From Odoribacter sp. UBA944 (GTDB lineage Bacteria; Bacteroidota; Bacteroidia; Bacteroidales; Marinifilaceae), in NCBI GenBank assembly GCA_002293375.1, contig DBDA01000021.1, forward strand, positions 26,305 through 90,304: a stretch of DNA of 64,000 nucleotides, given 5' to 3'. How positions within the stretch are numbered: position 1 is the stretch's first letter; every line of letters begins with the position of its first letter. Position numbers and translations under genes: made by a program. Under the pieces are notes generated by a model, which was given only the letters and a program-made list of their open reading frames with translations, ran no database searches and was not told where the DNA came from. Below are positions 27,626-35,868 of the stretch, in pieces.

Positions 27626-30600
27626 ATGATAAAAAGAGTACATTGGGTGATGTTGTTGCTGTTGCTGGCGTGGGGAGCGCAAGCGCAGGAGGAAGGAGCT
27701 GCCGTTAAGCTGGGAACCGGAGCGAAGGTGAAAAATACGATTATCTGGGGAAACAAAGGCATTCAGTTGAATCCGGAAGTTACTCCGGAAACTTCTCATA
27801 TTTTTGCACCGGGGGTGGCATCTCCCCTTTTCCTGGATTCGCTGAACGGAGATTTCCGTTTGAGAAAGGGGTCGCCCCTGATCGATTCTGCCGATGTGGA
27901 TACCGATGCCGGGATGGGCCTTTATTTTGATGAAAACGCCCTTGATTTATGGGGAAATCCCCGCCTGAGCGGTACGAAATTCGATATCGGGGCGCACGAA
28001 TACCGGCTTTATAAGATTAGGTTCATCAAGGCACCCGAGGTCGTTATTGAGCAGGTGGCGGTGGATGGGCATGCCAGTGACTCCAATGGAGTGCATCTGG
28101 GGGAGACCTATAAATTCAGGCCCGTGTACGACGGTATAACGGGAATAGAGACGGACCTGGTTATTGTGCGGGACCTTACTTCGAATGAACTGATACCGGA
28201 TGAGGACGGGTATTATTATATCAGGGACGTTCAAACAGATAAAGAGGTCGAGATCATTGTGACGCCTCCTATTTTTGTCCGGGCCATGAAGAGTGCGAAC
28301 GGAATAATAGCGGTGACCAGAGAGGATAACACTACTGTCTCGACGCTTGTTAAGGATACGGTTATGGTGGTGGAGGAGAACGAGGAGGTGCGTTTGGATA
28401 CGACGGCGGACGAGGGGTACTACTGTTACGATGTGTATGTGGCAGCAGATGCAACCGGGCCTTGGTCATCCATTAAAAGCAAGGTCGGTGCAGGAAAATC
28501 TTATGCCGTTACGGGGGATGTTTGGTTTAGAGCGGAGTTCCGGCCCCGGTCCATCTCTATTGAATTGGAGGTAAACGACAGAAGTCGCGGAACGATCACT
28601 GTGACCGACAATGATTCTCCTCCCAATACTTACACGTTGGATGCCGGGAATACCGGATCGGGGAGTTTTACCTATGCGCCCGACAGGAGTTTTTCCGTAA
28701 CAGTCGCCCCGGAAACCGGCTATGAGTTGTCCTCGTTGACGGTATACGACGCGGACGGGAGTTCAAATGCCGAAGTCATCACCGCCGCCAAAACAACGAA
28801 TATGAGGTTGAACGGGTTGGTGATCAAAGCCGTTTTTGTACCGCTTACATATACGGTAACCTGGGATCCGCTCTATGCGACGCTTGTTGTTACACCGGGA
28901 ACAATGGAAGTGAACCCGTCCGGCGGGTTTATGATCGAAGAGGTAGAATACAATACCACCCTAACCGTTACTGCAACACCAGAGGAGGGGTATAACGTTA
29001 CCGGACTGACGGCGAACGGATTGACTACGGGTGTCTCTGCGACCGGAACTCCTTATCAGTGGAGCTATGTTGTGAAGGGCAATACCGAATTGGATGTGAC
29101 AACCGACTTGCAAAAGCAGACGGTAACCATTACTTCCAATACGCCTTTGGTCTTAGCGAATACGTGGTCGACGGCCCCTGTTTTGACGGGCGCCGGGGGC
29201 GATGAAATAGCGTATGGGAGTACGTTGGAGATCACGGTGTCTCCGGCAACCGGCTATGAGTGCATCCGTGCGGTGGTGAACGGGGCGGCGCCTCAGGCGG
29301 TGACCGGAAATAAACTCACGCTGCCGGCAATTACTTCGGCCCAGACGGTGGAATTGCAGTTTACCCGCATCCCATACGAAGTAACCTATATCAATGCGAC
29401 CCCCACCATGGGGAGCCTGACGGTGAGTAAACAGGAGCCTGACGCCAGCGCCTGGACGGCTTTTGTGAGCAGTCCGGGCAGTGCGGCGTACGGGGATAAG
29501 ATCAAGGCGGAAGTTTCTCCGAATACCGGTTATAAGCTTAAATCCCTGACGCTGACCCCTGACGGGGAGGGCCCTGTGGATTATACGTCGGCAGGAACCT
29601 TTGCAGTGGACCTGGAGAAGGACCTCGCTATTGCGGCGGAGTTTGAGCCGATCCTGTATACTGTTACGTTGAGGAAGGTATATGATCCTGCGTATGCAGG
29701 GCCGGAAGTGACAGGTACGGCCCCGACTGAGGGGAAGGTGGAGCTGAAGGTGGGGGGAACTACCCGGTTGACGGTGGATTATTCGGATGCGGACCATACC
29801 GGGACGGTCCAGTTGCCTTACGGAACGGTGGTGCAGGTGGTCCCGACGACTAATGTGGACTATGTTACCGACAAAATAGAGGCGGACGGGACAGACATTA
29901 CAACTCTCCGGCAATTTACGGTGACGGGGGATGCGGAGGCCGATGTATGGATTGTATACCACAAGACCGATTTTGCGGTAACCTGGGAGACGGTTTACAC
30001 CGGTTTTACCAGTACGATCGATGTACAAAAATCAGGTGGGGGCACTGTTCTTAACGGCAGCAGTTATCCGACCGGTACTGCTTTGGAGGTGATTGTGGAC
30101 CAGCAGGCGGGGGAATTTTGTACGGGGGTTTTTGCCAACGGGGTCGATATTACCGGAACAGATCCAGTGGCGAATCCTCCCACGGCAAGTATTAGCGGGG
30201 AGGCGATCCACTTTACCGCCGAGTTTGTTAAAATGTGTCGTGTTAAAATTACACCTCCGACGGGGGGCACCATTACTGTGAAGGACGATAAGGGTACCGT
30301 TTATAACGACGGTGACCCGGTTCCGGCCGGTACGACGCTTAAGGCGACCCTGGTGACTACGCTTCCCGGTTATTATTGCACCGGGTTGACCGCCGAGGGA
30401 AATTCGTTGTATGCGTGGAGCGGAACCTCCACGACCTCTCCGCCCACGACCACCGGGGAGCAAACGTATACGATCCCTGTGAACCATGCAGGCGGTGATA
30501 TTTTGTTTACAGGGACCGCGGCAGAATACTACTGTGTCAGGTTTACCACACCGATTAACGGAACGCTGGCGGTTGAAGCCGACGGGACTGCCTTGTCTGC

Positions 30601-33600
30601 CGGAACGCAGTATTGGTATCCGAAGAATGCAGCGATCGGCATTACGGCGGAGAATACGACTACAGGGTATACATTGAATGCATCCCGTGTTGTAAACAAC
30701 GCGGCCGATGCTTCGACGATAGTGTTGGACGAGATCAGCGCCGACCACTACGGGTTGGCAGCTCCTTTGGGGTTGGTGAAAGAGTTGGACCTCTCTGCCA
30801 CGTTTGTAAAGAAGGAGTACGCTGTTACGTTGAATTTGACAGGCCTTGGAGCAGCAAGCCGGACTGATGCCCTGGCGGCTATCGGGTTTACGGGGACCGG
30901 AGCGCCCGATTTAGATGTATTGTGGGAAGATGCAACTGATATAAGTGTCACTGTGCAGGTGGCCCACGGGGATAAATTGACCTTGCGTGCGGAACCTAAG
31001 CCCGGTTTTGCTGCCAAGCTGCAATTCAACTCTGTGGACGAACTGTCTCTTACCATGAATGTGATCAATCGGACAACGCCTGCCATTACGGGGCCGATGG
31101 TGATAGATCTAATCTTTGAACAGACTTATCAGGTTGATTACGATCCGACAGATATTTTGAAAGTGACCAAGGGGGGGAATGCAGTAGTCCGAAATGCGTA
31201 TGTGTTTGCCGGCGATGTGTTGCGGGGCTATACGGTGACCCCGGCCGTTTCTGACAAGTACAACAAGCTGGTCGTTTACAACAGTAGCGGCATGTCGGAG
31301 TATGTCAGCGGTATGGCTACGCAAAGCGACGGCACCATTGAATTGGACTTTACGATGCCGGCTTATAACGTGTATCTGGATGCGGAAAAAGGGTTGAAAA
31401 CTTTTGATCTGTCCACTGACCTCACAGATCCTTCCCTTGCAGCTACCCTGACGGTAAATAACCTGAAGGGCGGCCCTCCGGTGGAAGTTGTGGCGGGCAG
31501 TGATGTCTTGGCGTACGGGGATGAATTGCGGGTGGATATTACTTTACCTGCCAATGACGACCCGGCGCTGGGCGCTTTGACGGAGTCGTTGTATGAGGTA
31601 AAAGCCGTTCGGGTAACGATGGGTGGAACCAATCTCTCCGGTTCTTTGTCCGGTTCCGGTCTGGCATATAGTTATGCGGTTCCGCTACCGGTTTCGGGAG
31701 ATGTGGCCGTTACCGTTACCCTTGCGCGTAAAAGGCAGCATCTTATTTTACGGGTTGTCCCGTCCGGCAGGGATTTTGGGATTGAATGGAGTTGCGATAC
31801 CCTTCCCGGAGGCGCGTGGACGACTCCGGTTGTCTACAAAGGTCCTGCAGCCCAAACAAGTATTTCGTTGCCGGTGGGCACGAAGGTCAAAGCACGGGCT
31901 GTCGGAAGCGAGGAGGGGTATGAGTTGGAGTTTTTCCCGACCAGCGGTCAACAAATAACGACAGAGATTGACCGACAGTTGCAACTTGGTGGGAGCCTGA
32001 ATTTGTCGGTTCGCTTCAGACAACAAACATTCCCGTTACAGGTTACGGTAAAACCGGCAGGAGGCGGAGTGTTGAAATGGAGTGGCAGCGAATTGGTCAC
32101 GCAACGGGTTGTGTACGGCACATCGCTTTCTTCCATTGTTCCCGAACCGCTGAATACCTATTTCCGGTTGGATTCGGTAACGGCCTATATGGGTGGGGTC
32201 AATTTGTTCAAGAATCAGGTGTCTCCTTATGAAATAAGCAAGGTAACCGATTCGGTGGGTATTGAGATGCGTATGACCCGCCTGTATAAGATCCAGAAGG
32301 ATGTAGTGGGTGCCGGAGATATCGAGATACGCGAATTTGGGCAATCGGTTTCTGCCGTAGACGGTTTGTTTCCGGCGAATACCATTTTTCAGATAACGGT
32401 TTCCCCTCAGGACGACAGTTATGAATGTGTTTCCTTGCAGGCAATGCACTCGATGGGGGGTAATGCATTTATTCCGTCCGCCGGGGGATTGTATAGTATT
32501 AACCCGAGTTTAACTCAATACGATATTGTTATCCGGGCGGAATTTGCTTTAAAGACGCACGAAGTTTTCGTTCAGCGCGAACCTGTCGGAGGAGGGAATG
32601 CCGTTTTGTACCAAGGGGATAAAAGTAGCGGGGGAATTTTGTTGCTGGAGTTGGCGAACGATGATCCGCAGACGGCGACCATGCCGGTGTTGGTGGAGCA
32701 CGGGACTACTCTGCATTTTTATGCGGAACCTAATGGAGCGGATTATGAGGTTGCTTCCCTTGTGACAGGCGCAAACACGCTTTATACCCAGGGACAGCTG
32801 GTGGTGGTTACTTCGGATACCGTTTTCTCTGTGTCGTTCGGACGATTGTACCGGTTGCAAATTTTAGATGATAGCGTACAGGTGTATACATCCGGCGGGA
32901 TTAAACTTCCTGCGGACACGATGCTTGCGGAGGGTACGCCGTTGTATTTTGCAGCCAGCCGGTTTGGGAAGGCGTATACGGAGGTGACCCTCCGGGAGAC
33001 GGGAGCGGACCCGGCGGATCCAGCCCTGGAAGCGTGGACGACGGCGACCGACGGGGTGATCGAAGACCATTTTGAGATGCCGGGAGTCGATGCCGAAGTG
33101 AACGGCGCCAGCGATTGGAAGCGGTATACTGTACGGTATTCCGTTGCTCCCGATCCCCACGATGTACCGTCCGGAGATGGACAGTCTGCTATTACTGTAC
33201 GCTCCTTTACCGGTGTGTCGCCGGGAGTGCCTGTCGCCAATGGCGGTTCGGTGCAGCACGGAGATTCTTTGGAGGTGGTGCTGACCCCCCATGCCTGGTA
33301 CGATGTTGTGTCTATGACGGCGACTGTGGACCGTGTGCCGGCCGGTGTAAAATCGGGGGCGGATACGTTGCGGATCGCGGAGGCGCTGGGCGATGTGGAG
33401 ATAGCGGGTGTGGTGCTACGGAAGCAGCAAAAACTTTACATTTACCTGGAGGAGGAGGCGCTGGCTGATGGAGATACTGTCCGGGTGATCACGGAAGATG
33501 GAATACGGCATGACTATTTGGTATCAGACAGTTTGCCGGTAGATGTTGGTTCGAAAGTGGTTGTACAGGCTTTGTCCGGCTCCGCTTGTGTTATGGATTC

Positions 33601-35824
33601 GTTGATCACCGATCTGGGTGGGCGAGTCGTTGCTAAACCTTTTGAAACGACATTTGATATGCCGGTTGACAAAACGGCTTCGGTGACTGCTTATTTTTCT
33701 CTAAAAGAGTATCCGGTGCTGTTTGCGACTACTGAGGGAGGTACGATCATGGTTACGCCGACCTTTGACGGGGCGGTCGGTTCCCCGATAGACTCCGGAG
33801 ATTTGGTCAAACATTATACCGAATTGGCGATTTCCCTGACTGCGACGAGTGCTTCGTATATTTACCGGCCAGGCAATTTTATTACCCGGGTGGGAGCGAA
33901 TGTGGCTGCAAATCCCGCTGTGGTGCCTTCCGTGACGGATACGGTGCGGATTGAGGCGACGTTTGAACGGGTGTACGAGGTACGGGTGGTTCAACCGGAT
34001 GTGAAGCAGGGAACGCTGACTATTGCTTATGCGGGTAACAGTGCGGTGGGGAAACGGTATCTGGCCGGTACGGAGTTGGATGTAGCGCTTGTTCCACAGA
34101 CGGGGTATGAAGTAACCGGGCTTTTCATGAACGGGGTTTCGCAGGCGATCCTCCCGGCAGGCGGTGTTATTGTGTGTGAAGTTCCGGACAATCCGGCGGT
34201 GGATAGCGTAGAGTTTACGGTTACGTTGGCGGTGAAGCAGTATGATATTAAATATTTTGTATCCGGGAACGGTTCTTTGGCGGTGGAAGGGATGGCCGGC
34301 GGCCGGGTACTTTATAGCGATGTGAGCGGGGTGAGTCGCGCTGTTTCTCATTTCGATACGCTCTACCTGGAGGTGTCTCCGGGCTCTCCGGCTTACCGGG
34401 CGGTGAGGTATATTGTGAACCTGCCCGACGGAACTCCCCTTCCGGTGACGGCGACGGATACTGCGATCGTGGTGACGGGAAACCTGACTGTGGAGGTGGA
34501 ATTCGAGAAACAGTACGTAGTCATGTTTGAACAACCGCAGCAATTGCCGCGCCCGGAGGGCACTCTTACTGTTACACAGGACGGGCGGAACATCACTTCC
34601 GGGGAGTATGTGTGGGTGCCGCAACTTCAGAGTACCGGTTCGTTGTCTATAGACCTGGTTGAAGGGGAGGGGTATGATGTGGAGTTCCTGACGGTAAACG
34701 GTGTGGCGGTCAGCCAGCCTTTCGGGTTTGGATTTGCGAAAGAGGAGTTGTTCGATACCATTGTGATCGATGCGCAGTTGAAAGTCCGGGAACTTACCGT
34801 GGCGGTTGTTCAGCCCGCTTATGGAAAGATTGATTTGGTGGAACGGTCCGTTGATGATGGGGCGACCTGGCAGCCTTTGCCGGTGTTGACGCCTGTTACG
34901 GTGGATTATTGGGATCAGATCCGCGCTTTTGTTACTGTGGATGATCCCGCCCAGTTCCGGACGGATCACCTGTCGGTTGTGTCGGCGAGCGGTACGGGTT
35001 CGTTGCAGGAAGGGGTGGCGTGGACGATGAAGGAGGATGTGGTGTTGGAGGCGGTGATCATTCCCAACACGTATACTGTTTATTACGAGCAGCCGGACAA
35101 CGGGGCGTTGTGGGTGGAAACGTTGAACGGGGATACGGTTCGGGATGGCGAAGCGGTTTATTACCTGACGAAATTGATCGTCCGGGTGCAATTGGACGAC
35201 GAGGTCGGGTATGAATTGGCGGAGTTGACTGTTGATAATGTGGGGGTGGATGACCAGGATACCGTTACGGTGGAAGCAGATATGTATGTGTTTGCCCGGA
35301 TCGCCCTGCGTACCTGGGAGGTAACGACTTCGGCTACAGGACAGGGAGTTATACATGTTTACGATGAGCATGGATATGAGATATCTTCCCGGGCCGATCC
35401 CGGGTTGGTGAACCATTATGAGCGATTGCAGATCTCGTTCCGGCCGGCTGCGGGTTGGATGCTTTATGCACACGATTTGACCGGAACAGCTATGCAGCTC
35501 GACTCTACTTTTGTGGTGGAGGGGCATGTGGCGATCTTTGCGGATTTCCGGCAGATGGAGGAGTATCAGTTCCCGGCTGTTTTTACGCCGAACGGAGATG
35601 GTCAAAACGATACCTGGCAGGTGAAAGGTCTGTGGCAGGATCCGGAGAATACGTTGGAGATCTACAACCGGATGCAGCAACGGGTGTATAAGGTTTCGCC
35701 TTACCTGAATGAGTGGAACGGAACGACGGATGACGGAACGATCCTTCCGGCCGGGCATTACATCTATAAGTTGACGACCGGGAAAAAGGTGCATACGGGG
35801 ATCGTCTCTATTGTGAGAAATTGA
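27626..35824 (+). CDS. giant T9SS type B CTD surface repeat protein (SprB-like cargo)
   Basis: The track ORF is 27620..35824 (2734 aa, TTG). An ATG at 27626 gives 'MIKRVHWVMLLLLLAWGAQAQ'. After the signal peptide there is a beta-helix closing cap ('GDFRLRKGSPLIDSAD...DLWGNPR...FDIGAHEY'). About 25 divergent ~90-100-aa beta-sandwich repeats follow, each with a 'P..GY.(V/L)..L..NG'-type signature that resembles divergent InlB B-repeats. The C-terminus is a T9SS type B sorting domain. Confidence 0.85.
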   Translation: MIKRVHWVMLLLLLAWGAQAQEEGAAVKLGTGAKVKNTIIWGNKGIQLNPEVTPETSHIFAPGVASPLFLDSLNGDFRLRKGSPLIDSADVDTDAGMGLYFDENALDLWGNPRLSGTKFDIGAHEYRLYKIRFIKAPEVVIEQVAVDGHASDSNGVHLGETYKFRPVYDGITGIETDLVIVRDLTSNELIPDEDGYYYIRDVQTDKEVEIIVTPPIFVRAMKSANGIIAVTREDNTTVSTLVKDTVMVVEENEEVRLDTTADEGYYCYDVYVAADATGPWSSIKSKVGAGKSYAVTGDVWFRAEFRPRSISIELEVNDRSRGTITVTDNDSPPNTYTLDAGNTGSGSFTYAPDRSFSVTVAPETGYELSSLTVYDADGSSNAEVITAAKTTNMRLNGLVIKAVFVPLTYTVTWDPLYATLVVTPGTMEVNPSGGFMIEEVEYNTTLTVTATPEEGYNVTGLTANGLTTGVSATGTPYQWSYVVKGNTELDVTTDLQKQTVTITSNTPLVLANTWSTAPVLTGAGGDEIAYGSTLEITVSPATGYECIRAVVNGAAPQAVTGNKLTLPAITSAQTVELQFTRIPYEVTYINATPTMGSLTVSKQEPDASAWTAFVSSPGSAAYGDKIKAEVSPNTGYKLKSLTLTPDGEGPVDYTSAGTFAVDLEKDLAIAAEFEPILYTVTLRKVYDPAYAGPEVTGTAPTEGKVELKVGGTTRLTVDYSDADHTGTVQLPYGTVVQVVPTTNVDYVTDKIEADGTDITTLRQFTVTGDAEADVWIVYHKTDFAVTWETVYTGFTSTIDVQKSGGGTVLNGSSYPTGTALEVIVDQQAGEFCTGVFANGVDITGTDPVANPPTASISGEAIHFTAEFVKMCRVKITPPTGGTITVKDDKGTVYNDGDPVPAGTTLKATLVTTLPGYYCTGLTAEGNSLYAWSGTSTTSPPTTTGEQTYTIPVNHAGGDILFTGTAAEYYCVRFTTPINGTLAVEADGTALSAGTQYWYPKNAAIGITAENTTTGYTLNASRVVNNAADASTIVLDEISADHYGLAAPLGLVKELDLSATFVKKEYAVTLNLTGLGAASRTDALAAIGFTGTGAPDLDVLWEDATDISVTVQVAHGDKLTLRAEPKPGFAAKLQFNSVDELSLTMNVINRTTPAITGPMVIDLIFEQTYQVDYDPTDILKVTKGGNAVVRNAYVFAGDVLRGYTVTPAVSDKYNKLVVYNSSGMSEYVSGMATQSDGTIELDFTMPAYNVYLDAEKGLKTFDLSTDLTDPSLAATLTVNNLKGGPPVEVVAGSDVLAYGDELRVDITLPANDDPALGALTESLYEVKAVRVTMGGTNLSGSLSGSGLAYSYAVPLPVSGDVAVTVTLARKRQHLILRVVPSGRDFGIEWSCDTLPGGAWTTPVVYKGPAAQTSISLPVGTKVKARAVGSEEGYELEFFPTSGQQITTEIDRQLQLGGSLNLSVRFRQQTFPLQVTVKPAGGGVLKWSGSELVTQRVVYGTSLSSIVPEPLNTYFRLDSVTAYMGGVNLFKNQVSPYEISKVTDSVGIEMRMTRLYKIQKDVVGAGDIEIREFGQSVSAVDGLFPANTIFQITVSPQDDSYECVSLQAMHSMGGNAFIPSAGGLYSINPSLTQYDIVIRAEFALKTHEVFVQREPVGGGNAVLYQGDKSSGGILLLELANDDPQTATMPVLVEHGTTLHFYAEPNGADYEVASLVTGANTLYTQGQLVVVTSDTVFSVSFGRLYRLQILDDSVQVYTSGGIKLPADTMLAEGTPLYFAASRFGKAYTEVTLRETGADPADPALEAWTTATDGVIEDHFEMPGVDAEVNGASDWKRYTVRYSVAPDPHDVPSGDGQSAITVRSFTGVSPGVPVANGGSVQHGDSLEVVLTPHAWYDVVSMTATVDRVPAGVKSGADTLRIAEALGDVEIAGVVLRKQQKLYIYLEEEALADGDTVRVITEDGIRHDYLVSDSLPVDVGSKVVVQALSGSACVMDSLITDLGGRVVAKPFETTFDMPVDKTASVTAYFSLKEYPVLFATTEGGTIMVTPTFDGAVGSPIDSGDLVKHYTELAISLTATSASYIYRPGNFITRVGANVAANPAVVPSVTDTVRIEATFERVYEVRVVQPDVKQGTLTIAYAGNSAVGKRYLAGTELDVALVPQTGYEVTGLFMNGVSQAILPAGGVIVCEVPDNPAVDSVEFTVTLAVKQYDIKYFVSGNGSLAVEGMAGGRVLYSDVSGVSRAVSHFDTLYLEVSPGSPAYRAVRYIVNLPDGTPLPVTATDTAIVVTGNLTVEVEFEKQYVVMFEQPQQLPRPEGTLTVTQDGRNITSGEYVWVPQLQSTGSLSIDLVEGEGYDVEFLTVNGVAVSQPFGFGFAKEELFDTIVIDAQLKVRELTVAVVQPAYGKIDLVERSVDDGATWQPLPVLTPVTVDYWDQIRAFVTVDDPAQFRTDHLSVVSASGTGSLQEGVAWTMKEDVVLEAVIIPNTYTVYYEQPDNGALWVETLNGDTVRDGEAVYYLTKLIVRVQLDDEVGYELAELTVDNVGVDDQDTVTVEADMYVFARIALRTWEVTTSATGQGVIHVYDEHGYEISSRADPGLVNHYERLQISFRPAAGWMLYAHDLTGTAMQLDSTFVVEGHVAIFADFRQMEEYQFPAVFTPNGDGQNDTWQVKGLWQDPENTLEIYNRMQQRVYKVSPYLNEWNGTTDDGTILPAGHYIYKLTTGKKVHTGIVSIVRN
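35564..35821 (+). other. T9SS type B C-terminal sorting domain (gliding-motility-associated CTD / CHU_C type) of the giant protein
   Basis: 'YQFPAVFTPNGDGQNDTWQVKGLWQDPENTLEIYNRMQQRVYKVSPYLNEWNGTTDDGTILPAGHYIYKL' matches the hallmark 'F(T/S)PNGDGxND.W.I.G......(I/V).NRWG..V......W(D/N)G......(L/V)P.G.Y.Y'. Confidence 0.9.
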
Positions 35825-35868
35825 CGGGAGGCATGAGTCAGTGAGTTATAATTTAAAATCAGCATGTG

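Noticed and set aside
33701-35794. Long antisense ORFs inside the big plus-strand genes. Examples are 33701-35794 (697 aa), 35764-37194, 37687-38781, 45689-46753, 47115-48809, 54059-55684 and 55685-57415. There are similar ones opposite housekeeping genes: 6794-8062, 10985-12034, 12478-13812 and 14466-15545.
   Set aside because: Their translations are R/P/H/G-rich, low-complexity and motif-free. The opposite strand carries strong recognisable domain motifs. Open antisense frames like these are expected in GC-rich coding DNA.
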